Source: a virus (lineage: Duplodnaviria; Caudoviricetes). Taken from it: a DNA stretch of 64,000 bases. Positions 1 to 6,798 of this stretch are shown here, piece after piece (positions within the stretch are counted from its first letter, which is position 1; the number at the start of each line of letters is the position of its first letter). The stretch spans positions 4,463 to 68,462 of IMG/VR virus record IMGVR_UViG_3300047160_002318; one strand, 5' to 3'. The notes beneath the pieces are model-generated. The model did not search any database, had not been told where the DNA came from, and saw only the letters and a program-made list of their open reading frames with translations. A program made the position numbers and the translations under genes.

Positions 1-41
1 CAGGGCACCGCCCTCCCCCTCCCACACGTCCAGTTCGTAAG

Positions 42-437
42 TCATGCTGCTTCTGCCTCCTGTTGCTCTTTGGCCAGCTGCTTCATGCGCGCAGCCCGCC
101 ATGCCTCGTCGGGCCAGAACCGCTGGCCGACCTTCATGAGATTTGCCGGGCTCATGTCGATGCCCAGGTGCTCAGTGATTTGACTGGCGTTGCGGAAGTA
201 GCCCATGACCTGCGCGTGACGCGGATCGCGGACCCTCCACCACCAGCCGTCACCCTCGGGATTGCCGTAGTACAGCCAGGTGTCCCGGCCGGGCTCGTCC
301 GTGCTCCCGTACCCGGCCCCGCTCCATGTGGAGAAGTAGACGTCGATGACGATGCCCACCGGGTAAGGCTCGGTAGGGTGCAGCGTCACCAGCCTGGTCG
401 GCGGGGTGTCCGTGTGAAACGGTGGGTAAGTTGCCAT
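42..437 (-). CDS. hypothetical protein (leaderless; starts MATYPP)
   Basis: ATG at 437 lies 6 nt downstream of a TATTCT -10 box; the upstream TTG start in the ORF track runs through the promoter. Confidence 0.75.
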   Translation of the reverse strand: MATYPPFHTDTPPTRLVTLHPTEPYPVGIVIDVYFSTWSGAGYGSTDEPGRDTWLYYGNPEGDGWWWRVRDPRHAQVMGYFRNASQITEHLGIDMSPANLMKVGQRFWPDEAWRAARMKQLAKEQQEAEAA

Positions 438-443
438 GCGTCT

Positions 444-472
444 AGAATAGACGCCTACTTGACTCAAGTCAA
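444..472 (-). promoter_or_regulatory. sigma70-like promoter with operator palindromes
   Basis: TTGACT-N17-TATTCT; contains TTGAC-TCAA-GTCAA palindrome and TAGGCGTCTA box. Confidence 0.85.
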
Positions 473-491
473 ATCGGATAATTAACGCTGG

Positions 492-691
492 TCAGCGCAC
501 CGATCCTCGAGCCTCAAGCGTCTGGCGGTTCCAGTCCATGCCGCAGAAACTCCCGGCCAGGATGATAGGCGTGGGCCAGAAGGTCGCCGGGCTCAGCAGG
601 CTCAGCACGCCCAGCACGGTGCACGCCGCCCACAGCCAGAACAGCCACCAGATGACCGGTCGTCGCCAGCCTTCCTATGCGTCGTCCCCAT
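492..691 (-). pseudogene. small membrane protein, apparently frameshifted by one missing base
   Basis: ATG overlapping the upstream gene end gives MGTTHRKAGDD; hydrophobic VIWWLFWLWAACTVLGVLSLL... continues in another frame; adding one C restores a 66-aa ORF. Confidence 0.45.
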
Positions 692-896
692 CCTGGCAAT
701 CCTTCGCCCAGCGCTGAACATGCTGGTCAGCAGTGCCTTCGTACGGCACGATGGCCCAGATGTACTGGCGGGCTCCCTCTAGCACCACGGTGCCCGGCCC
801 CAGGCCCAGTACCACCCACCATCCCCTGGCCACGGCCAGGCAGAACGCGATGGCCAGCACCCAGGCGACCGTACCGGCCTTATTGACCCAGGTCAT
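675..896 (-). CDS. small membrane protein
   Basis: 73-aa ORF with hydrophobic N-terminal segment, coupled to neighbours. Confidence 0.65.
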   Translation of the reverse strand: MTWVNKAGTVAWVLAIAFCLAVARGWWVVLGLGPGTVVLEGARQYIWAIVPYEGTADQHVQRWAKDCQDGDDA

Positions 897-1140
897 CTGG
901 GTGATCTCGCTTGTACTCCGCGCTTCGCCAGGTCCGCCGCTTGCCCCGGACCCGCACGCTCAGGTAGGTCAGGCGGAAATTCAGGATCATGAGCGCTGCG
1001 ACCGCAGTGAACAGCACCACGATGGTCTTGAGCCACCACGGGAACGCCACGGCGTCGAAGCCGTAGCAGATGACGCCGAGGATGGCCCCGCAGCTGAACC
1101 CGCACCACTGCTCAAGCGTCAGCTGCCTCAGGGCCTTCAC
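880..1140 (-). CDS. small membrane protein (2 TM)
   Basis: two hydrophobic stretches; overlapping start/stop with neighbours. Confidence 0.7.
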   Translation of the reverse strand: MKALRQLTLEQWCGFSCGAILGVICYGFDAVAFPWWLKTIVVLFTAVAALMILNFRLTYLSVRVRGKRRTWRSAEYKRDHPDDLGQ

Positions 1141-1355
1141 TGCTTCTCCTCGATAGTCAGCATGGGCCAGCAGTAGTGCACGAACCCGTCCGCTTCCAGC
1201 ACCTCGAACTCCCCGCCCTCACCGAAGCCCAGCAGCACGCCCGTGGTGATGACGGCCTCCGCGCCGCCATCCGGCAGCTTGAGGGTCACCGTCACGCGCC
1301 TGCCCAGCAGCTTACGGGCCTGGTCGTGCAGCAGTTCTTCCTGGTTCACCGTCAT
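1137..1355 (-). CDS. hypothetical protein
   Basis: MTVNQEELL... start overlaps stop of 1352..1552 (ATGA). Confidence 0.7.
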   Translation of the reverse strand: MTVNQEELLHDQARKLLGRRVTVTLKLPDGGAEAVITTGVLLGFGEGGEFEVLEADGFVHYCWPMLTIEEKQ

Positions 1356-1552
1356 GATTCTCCGAACAGCCCGTCCAGCAGGGACCTGCCGTGCAGTGCC
1401 TTGTAGCAGTCGCAGCCGCAGTAGTCGATGCTCACCAGGTCGCCCGCCTGGTTGAACAGCGGCACCATGACGGTACAGGACCCGGCGAACGCGCTGGTGT
1501 GATGCCCGCAGCTCGGGCACATGTCGTAGCCGTCAGGCGTGCGCGTGCTCAC
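1352..1552 (-). CDS. small Cys-rich (zinc-binding) protein
   Basis: CPSCGHH and CGCDC motifs. Confidence 0.7.
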   Translation of the reverse strand: MSTRTPDGYDMCPSCGHHTSAFAGSCTVMVPLFNQAGDLVSIDYCGCDCYKALHGRSLLDGLFGES

Positions 1553-2085
1553 GATGCCCCCCGGACGCGCTTGTACGCGCTCTGGTAGGCCCGCCAGTCC
1601 CCGTCTGGCCTCAGGCTGTCCAGCACTTCCCCCATGCGCCTGTGGGCCAGCACGATGCCGACCGTGACCGCCAGGTTCAGCGGCCCGTCGCTCGGCACCA
1701 CCAGGAACCTGTGGCAGGCGGACTTAATCCCCTTGTCCAGGTCCCCATCCTCTGGCCCGAAGATGTAGACGGCGTTCGCCGGGTGCTCGAAGAAGGTCAG
1801 GTCCTCAGCCGTGGGGTGCACTTCCACGCACACGGGCACGGCCTTGGGGCCGAACTCGCCCAGGAACCGGCCCCGGCCCTGGATGACGCGCACCCGGTCC
1901 ATGTTGCGCGGGTCCCGCTCCTCGCGCGGCAGCCGCTTCATCTGCTGCCAGCGCTCCTTGGCCCGCGTGCCCGTGTACCAGACCTGCGGGATGCCGAAAG
2001 AGGCAGCCGTGCGTACCACGCTGCCCACGTTGTGCGGATATTTAGGGTCGACCAGCACGACGGCTGGTGTCTCTCCGATTGCCAT
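1549..2085 (-). CDS. SPOUT (SpoU/TrmH-like) RNA 2'-O-methyltransferase
   Basis: motif 1 PKYPHNVGSVVRTA, motif 2 YIFGPEDG, motif 3 PLNLAVTVGIVL. Confidence 0.85.
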   Translation of the reverse strand: MAIGETPAVVLVDPKYPHNVGSVVRTAASFGIPQVWYTGTRAKERWQQMKRLPREERDPRNMDRVRVIQGRGRFLGEFGPKAVPVCVEVHPTAEDLTFFEHPANAVYIFGPEDGDLDKGIKSACHRFLVVPSDGPLNLAVTVGIVLAHRRMGEVLDSLRPDGDWRAYQSAYKRVRGAS

Positions 2086-2112
2086 GTCTGCTCCCCGTTT
2101 CCGTCGGGCTGC

Positions 2113-2562
2113 TCATGCCGCCCTCGGGCAGATGTTGGAGTGCTCGCAGTAGACCGTGCCGCCCTCCGGGTAGTACCCGCCGCCGCAATCCGGGCAGGGC
2201 TTAGCTGAGCCGAAGCTGTACCCGCGCGACGGGTCGAAGGTGACCACGTAGTCGCCCAGCCGGTAAGTGCCCAGCGCCGCCGCGTACAGCAGCGCGTCCC
2301 GCACCCGCACCCGCGAGTTGATGCGCACGTACAGCAGGTCGAACATGTCCTGCCAGTCGGCCTCGAACTGCTCCCGGTCCATGACGCCCACGTGCTCATA
2401 GCTGGCAGCCACCGCCTCGGGTACCTGCACCCAGCGGTAGCCGGGCTTAGCCGTCCGCACCTTGATGTCCGGTATTTCCGGCGCGACCCAGCCCCGGCCC
2501 TCCCGGCGTGCCCTGGCCAGCATTTCGCTCACCGTGCTCGGCGTCCCGTCCCTGTGTGTCAT
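2113..2562 (-). CDS. hypothetical protein with C-terminal CxxC/CxH zinc ribbon
   Basis: MTHRDG start overlaps Nudix stop; CPDCGG...CEHSNIC. Confidence 0.65.
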   Translation of the reverse strand: MTHRDGTPSTVSEMLARARREGRGWVAPEIPDIKVRTAKPGYRWVQVPEAVAASYEHVGVMDREQFEADWQDMFDLLYVRINSRVRVRDALLYAAALGTYRLGDYVVTFDPSRGYSFGSAKPCPDCGGGYYPEGGTVYCEHSNICPRAA

Positions 2563-3803
2563 GCTCCTGCCTCCTCGCTCTCTAGCGTGGCCAGCCACGC
2601 TTCCGTCTTCTCGATGGCCTCGCGGGTCCGTGCCCAGCCCCGCTTCATGCCGAAGTGAAGGTCCAGCTTCTCGACCGCGTCGAGAGGGACCCAGGCCAGC
2701 ATGTCGGTCTCCCAGCGAGCGCCGGTCTTGACGCTCAGCTTGGGCAGCTTGCCGTTCGTGTGGACGCGGACCACGTACATGATGTAGTACCACCCGCACC
2801 CGGCCGGGCAATCCCAGCGGAACTCCGCGACGATGTCGTCCTCGTCGAACTTGCCCGCCAGGCCCTCGACCTCCTCGTTGACCTCCCGCATGGCCGCTTC
2901 CCACGGGCCGGCGTCCTTCTTGTCCACCGCGCCGCCGAACTGCGCCCACGTGCCGCCGTGCTGGACGCTCTTGGACCGCTTGCCCAGCGCCACGTACGGC
3001 TCGCCGCCGATTTCCCGCACCGCGTAGGGCAGGATGCCAGCGGCCCCCGCCGGCCCCCAATGACGGCCGGCCGGGCACGCCCGGTAGCCCTGCCTGCGGT
3101 CCCTGCGCCGCGCGATGCTCTTGGACTTGGCGCTCCCGCTGCGCATGTAGTCCAGGCTCAGGCTCTCAGACCAGAACGGCTTCTTGACCCAGCTCTTCGC
3201 GCTGGCAGTGGCCGCGTAGTAGCTGGCCGGGTACGGGTCACCGGGCTTCCAGTCCTGCCAGCTCGCCGGGCGCGGCCCGGTTGGCGTAGTGGTGCCGGTG
3301 TCTGCGGGCACCCACTTGCCGTCAACCCACTTCGCGGCCTTGCCGGGCGCGATGGGTGCCGGCGTGGTGGTGGTGGTAGTGCCGTAATAGCCCTTTGAGC
3401 CGTACAGTTCCTTGTCCTTCTCCCACGCTTCCACGGTCAGGAACTCGTCAGCGACCTCGTCGCCCCAGGTCTGGATGAACTCGTCCACGGGAAGGTCGCC
3501 GCGCTCAACGGCGTCCACGTCGCGGGCTACCTCGTCCAGCAGGGCCTCGTCGTTGGAGATTCGGGCCAGGGTGTAGTGCTCGTCCGTGACCAGGTTGTCG
3601 TCCTGCCAGCGCCACTGAGACTTGTCCTTGCCTGCGCAGTCAGCGCAGGCGTACAGCCCGTGCGCGTAGCACCGCTCACTGTCGTCTGCTGTGCAGTCGT
3701 CGCAGTTGACCTTGCCGTGCAGCCAGCATTCCCGCTGTAGCGGCTTCGTGTAGTCCCTGGTGGTCTGACCGCCTGCGCGGCCACCGTAGCCTTCGCTTTT
3801 CAT
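2559..3803 (-). CDS. Nudix hydrolase with long Cys/His-rich N-terminal extension
   Basis: Nudix box GGAVDKKDAGPWEAAMREVNEEVEG; GGAGG SD upstream. Confidence 0.85.
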   Translation of the reverse strand: MKSEGYGGRAGGQTTRDYTKPLQRECWLHGKVNCDDCTADDSERCYAHGLYACADCAGKDKSQWRWQDDNLVTDEHYTLARISNDEALLDEVARDVDAVERGDLPVDEFIQTWGDEVADEFLTVEAWEKDKELYGSKGYYGTTTTTTPAPIAPGKAAKWVDGKWVPADTGTTTPTGPRPASWQDWKPGDPYPASYYAATASAKSWVKKPFWSESLSLDYMRSGSAKSKSIARRRDRRQGYRACPAGRHWGPAGAAGILPYAVREIGGEPYVALGKRSKSVQHGGTWAQFGGAVDKKDAGPWEAAMREVNEEVEGLAGKFDEDDIVAEFRWDCPAGCGWYYIMYVVRVHTNGKLPKLSVKTGARWETDMLAWVPLDAVEKLDLHFGMKRGWARTREAIEKTEAWLATLESEEAGA

Positions 3804-3848
3804 AGCCCTGCCTCCAAGTCTGAGATTTCAGGTGCGCTTACAACGTCC

Positions 3849-3877
3849 ATGATAGACGCCTACTTGACTCATGTCAA
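3849..3877 (-). promoter_or_regulatory. sigma70-like promoter with operator palindromes
   Basis: TTGACA-N17-TATCAT; TTGAC-ATGA-GTCAA and TAGGCGTCTA. Confidence 0.85.
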
Positions 3878-3974
3878 ATTTAGGAGCGTACGGGGCCATT
3901 TGGCAGAGATTCGCCTGGCCTAACTTGGGGTCTGCCTGCTTGCGCCTGGCCAGAAGGACCCCGCACACTCCCTT

Positions 3975-4095
3975 GTCCCACATGTCCCTACACGGCCACC
4001 ACTACATACGGGTCGCGCTCCCCGGTGGCCCCGCCTAGTTCACCCTGTCGCGCTCCGGGCTAGCACCTTCCTTCTCACCTCGGGACAGGTGGGAC
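3975..4095 (-). ncRNA. candidate structured RNA with two GGAGCGCGAC hairpin loops
   Basis: closing stem GUCCCAC-C-UGUCCC / GGGACA-U-GUGGGAC; direct repeat at 4012-4021 and 4047-4056, each in a hairpin loop. Confidence 0.5.
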
Positions 4096-4097
4096 TT

Positions 4098-5111
4098 CTA
4101 CGGGATGACCTTGGGCAGCAGCCCGGCCGCATCCAGCGCCAGCCGCTCTAGCTCAGCGCCGTTCAGCCCCGGCCACCCGTGCAGCTTCACGTCCCAGTCG
4201 CCCGGCACCGCGCTCGCGCCGTAGATAGCGCCCAGCAGACCGCCGGCGATGGCCGCGATGGTGTCGGTGTCACCGCCGATGTCGATAGCCAGCTGAACGC
4301 CGAACTCATAGCCCGCGCCCAGCTCTAGCGTGTGCGCCACGGTGGACAGAGCCGCCTGGAACGCCGGCACCACCGCGAGGTTGTGCCGGAAGTCGTACGG
4401 GCTCTTCGTCCTGGCGTCCCCGATGATGCGCAGCCACTCGTGCTGCCGGCTGTGCAGGTAGTTCACCGCGTCAGCAGCGGCCTTGGCCAGGTCGAAGTCC
4501 GTACCGGAGTGGATAGCCTGCTCAACCAGCAGGGACCACAGCACAACCGCGTCCATGGCCATGGGGTCGGCGTGAGTCAGCCCGCCGATGGACCGCACCA
4601 CGTGCGCACCCTGCGCCCGCCTGCCCAGGTAGGGAAGGATGGCGGGGTTAGTCCGCATGAGGGACCCGTTGCTCTGCTGGCCCATGGGCCGGCCCCGGTC
4701 CTCGTACGTCCGCTTCGCGGCCAGTTCCAGGTGCGCGCGGATGCGCTCAGGGTGAGTGTCCAGCATGTTGGGGTGCACCCTGATCTGGCCCAGCGTGCGG
4801 CCGGCCGTGGGACCCACGTCAGCAGGCCCGCCCTGGTACCACCGCACCAGCCCGACGCCCGCCTGCTCGATGTACTTCGCGTCACCCCTGGCGCTGTTCC
4901 TAGCCACGTTCTGCGCGGCCTGTGCGATGATGACGGCCTGCTGAGTGTCGTCTGACCACTCCCACGGGCCGAAGCCGTACCCGCCGCCCAGCATCTGCGC
5001 GTTGCGCTTGCTCGGGATGCCGGTCTCGTAGTGCACGCCCAGCGCGTCACCGTACGCCTGGCCCACCAGCACGCCCTTAACGCGGTCCCTCAGGTTCCTG
5101 TCTTCCGTCAC
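4098..5111 (-). CDS. ADP-ribosylglycohydrolase (ARH/DraG family)
   Basis: GQAYGDALG, WSDDTQQ, SNGSLMR, THADP, GGDTDTIAAIAG motifs. Confidence 0.92.
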   Translation of the reverse strand: MTEDRNLRDRVKGVLVGQAYGDALGVHYETGIPSKRNAQMLGGGYGFGPWEWSDDTQQAVIIAQAAQNVARNSARGDAKYIEQAGVGLVRWYQGGPADVGPTAGRTLGQIRVHPNMLDTHPERIRAHLELAAKRTYEDRGRPMGQQSNGSLMRTNPAILPYLGRRAQGAHVVRSIGGLTHADPMAMDAVVLWSLLVEQAIHSGTDFDLAKAAADAVNYLHSRQHEWLRIIGDARTKSPYDFRHNLAVVPAFQAALSTVAHTLELGAGYEFGVQLAIDIGGDTDTIAAIAGGLLGAIYGASAVPGDWDVKLHGWPGLNGAELERLALDAAGLLPKVIP

Positions 5112-5140
5112 GTCTCTGCCTCCTAAGTCTCTCGGTCGGG

Positions 5141-5229
5141 GGACGGCACGCTAGCGGTTCAATGACCGGCCGGATTCCCTACTGCCGTCACCCCGCCGTT
5201 CCGGGGTATCTATGACCAGCGTGCCGTCC
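5141..5229 (-). ncRNA. candidate structured leader/small RNA
   Basis: perfect 12-bp closing stem GGACGGCACGCU/AGCGUGCCGUCC starting ~3 nt after the predicted TSS; two GGUCAUWGA(U)ACC hairpins. Confidence 0.55.
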
Positions 5230-5238
5230 TACACGTCC

Positions 5239-5267
5239 ATAGTACACGCCTAGGCGTCTACGCGCAA
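5239..5267 (-). promoter_or_regulatory. sigma70-like promoter with TAGACGCCTAGGCGTGTA operator
   Basis: TTGCGC-N17-TACTAT; spacer holds two overlapping TAGGCGT boxes. Confidence 0.75.
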
Positions 5268-5273
5268 ATAGAC

Positions 5274-5310
5274 AGAGCCCCACCGCCCTGTTGGGTTCCG
5301 GTGAGGCTCT
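5274..5310 (-). terminator. probable terminator hairpin
   Basis: AGAGCCUCACC...GGUGGGGCUCU stem followed by GUCUAUUU. Confidence 0.55.
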
Positions 5311-5340
5311 GCCGAACGGCCTAGAGGTTCAGCGTGACTA

Positions 5341-5449
5341 GGGATTGGCGGTCCTTCGCCGCTGCAAGTCTTACTACCTCCGTGGTACGGGTTGCCAGCC
5401 CTGCCGCTCTGATTGTAGGGAGAGTGCGGTGCTCAACCGCCAGACTCCC
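5341..5449 (-). ncRNA. candidate multi-hairpin RNA
   Basis: ORF-free ~200 nt gap; closing helix GGGA/UGGCGG with CCGCCA/UCCC, several internal hairpins; TAACAT possible -10 at 5459-5464. Confidence 0.35.
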
Positions 5450-5523
5450 GCCCCCTGAATGTTAGGCCCGGCCCGGTCGGGTGGCTCAGCCGCTCAGGAG
5501 CGCACGGCGGTCGATGGGTCAGG

Positions 5524-6051
5524 TCACCAGTCGTCGCCGCTGGTCATCCCGTAGCCGCGCGGGTAGGCCGGCTCGGTGCGGGCGCGGTGCGCCGCGTTGG
5601 CGTGGAACAGCTCCTCGTTGAAGCCGGGCTGGCCCGCAAGCCACTCGCCCACGGCCTGCTCCATGGCGTCGACGCCGACCAGCATGGCCGGGGACTTCTC
5701 GTTGTACGGCGCGCACTTCTGGTGCCGTGCCGTGCGGATGTGGTTGGCCAGCGCGCCGTAATACGGCGGCTTGTCGTAGGTGGCGCTCAGGAACCGCGCC
5801 GGCTCGAAGCCGGGGCTGTCCGCCTGGAACTGCGCGACCAGCACGGAAGCCAGGCTATCGGCCACCTCGTCGCCCTTGTCCGCGCGCAGCTGCTTGACGG
5901 TCTTGGCGAACCTGTCGTAGTCCGTTCCGAAGAAGGTGCGCTCCGGGGTCGGGTCGACCGTGTCGGCCAGTTCGTTCGTGTCGTTGGCCGGGGTCTCTTC
6001 GCCCTCTGCGCCCTGCGGGTCCGTGCCCGCGTCCTCGGGTGTCTCACTCAT
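5524..6051 (-). CDS. hypothetical protein, acidic N-terminus
   Basis: 175-aa ORF, GGAGG SD, downstream of promoter at 6137-6165. Confidence 0.75.
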   Translation of the reverse strand: MSETPEDAGTDPQGAEGEETPANDTNELADTVDPTPERTFFGTDYDRFAKTVKQLRADKGDEVADSLASVLVAQFQADSPGFEPARFLSATYDKPPYYGALANHIRTARHQKCAPYNEKSPAMLVGVDAMEQAVGEWLAGQPGFNEELFHANAAHRARTEPAYPRGYGMTSGDDW

Positions 6052-6136
6052 AAGTGAAGACCTCCATTCTGTTGCTTGTTCCTACGGGCAGGTCCGGGCC
6101 GGCGTGCCGTAGCCAGTACGTGCCCCTGCAACGCCT

Positions 6137-6165
6137 AATGTACACGCCTACTTGACTCAGGTCAA
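6137..6165 (-). promoter_or_regulatory. sigma70-like promoter with operator palindromes
   Basis: TTGACC-N17-TACATT; TTGAC-CTGA-GTCAA, TAGGCGTGTA and a second TAGGCGT just downstream. Confidence 0.85.
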
Positions 6166-6172
6166 ATCGGGT

Positions 6173-6370
6173 CTAGCAGACGCAATGGTCCGTCAGCACC
6201 CAGAACCAGCCCTGCGGCTCAGTGCTCCACGGCTGGCCAGGCCCCTCACGAACGTACACGTCCAACCCGCCCAGCTCCCCGGTGCCGGGCCTCAATCGCA
6301 CGTTGCCCTTGCCATATCGCCGCATGTACGCCTGGAGGCTGCACCAGTTGCACTCGGTCAGCTCACTCAT
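6173..6370 (-). CDS. small Cys-containing hypothetical protein
   Basis: CNWC ... HCVC. Confidence 0.65.
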   Translation of the reverse strand: MSELTECNWCSLQAYMRRYGKGNVRLRPGTGELGGLDVYVREGPGQPWSTEPQGWFWVLTDHCVC

Positions 6371-6494
6371 AAGGACCGCAGAACGGCTGCGTGACGTGCG
6401 CCGAGACTAGCCGGCACAGCGCCACGTGGTGCCCTGCCCGGCAGTGCGGTCGCAGCGGCCAGCGCTGATAGGCGCGGGCCATGGCCCCGATCAT
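6363..6494 (-). CDS. 43-aa hypothetical protein
   Basis: MIGAMARAYQRWPLRPHC...; start/stop overlap both neighbours (below ORF-track cutoff). Confidence 0.5.
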   Translation of the reverse strand: MIGAMARAYQRWPLRPHCRAGHHVALCRLVSAHVTQPFCGPYE

Positions 6495-6631
6495 GACCTC
6501 ATCGCCCACATCTCGCACTCGTCCAGCTTGGTGATGGCCAGCGAGCGCTCCCGCGAGGATTCCAGCCCTTCAAGGGCCTCGCGCAGGTTCATGACGGCGT
6601 GCTCCAGCGCACGCGCCTGATCCGGTGTCAT
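6491..6631 (-). CDS. Acb2/Tad1 hairpin-domain-like small protein
   Basis: 46 aa MTPDQARALEHAVMNLREALEGLESSRERSLAITKLDECEMWAMRS; SRERSLAITKLDECEMW resembles the Tad1/Acb2 helical hairpin. Confidence 0.65.
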   Translation of the reverse strand: MTPDQARALEHAVMNLREALEGLESSRERSLAITKLDECEMWAMRS

Positions 6632-6798
6632 GTCTTGTCCTTGGTGTTGTCCTTGGTGTCAGCCTTGGTCTCCTTGGCTTCCACCTTGGTGTACGTGCCC
6701 TGGACCTTGGCGACCTCCTTGGCGTCGGCCTGCGTGGCCCCTCTGGGCAGCTTCAGCTTCTTGTTGTGCGCGTCACCCCTCAGGTGCTTGCGGGTCAT
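6628..6798 (-). CDS. 56-aa Lys/Thr-rich protein
   Basis: MTRKHLRGDAHNKK...; ATGA overlap with next gene. Confidence 0.55.
   Translation of the reverse strand: MTRKHLRGDAHNKKLKLPRGATQADAKEVAKVQGTYTKVEAKETKADTKDNTKDKT

Noticed and set aside
42-467. ORF-track starts that extend through promoters (467, 42116, 23024, 50876)
   Set aside because: These extensions overlap -10/-35 boxes; downstream leaderless or SD-led starts are better supported.
492-677. TAG read-through or stop-codon reassignment (hydrophobic ORF continues in frame after TAG at 675-677)
   Set aside because: All long genes are uninterrupted under the standard code; a 1-nt frameshift from an overlapping ATG explains it better.
5168-5183. 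AGUAGGGAAUCCGG resembles the start of a cobalamin riboswitch
   Set aside because: The following P4-P6 hairpins, ACUG and GCCACUG/GGGAAG elements are absent.
5335-5420. Group I intron (AGACU/UAGUC) or SAM-I (AUCAGAG...GGCAACC) identity for the intergenic RNA
   Set aside because: No convincing P3/P4 pairing and no interrupted gene for group I; spacing too short and GGUGCYAA missing for SAM-I. Kept only as an unassigned RNA candidate.
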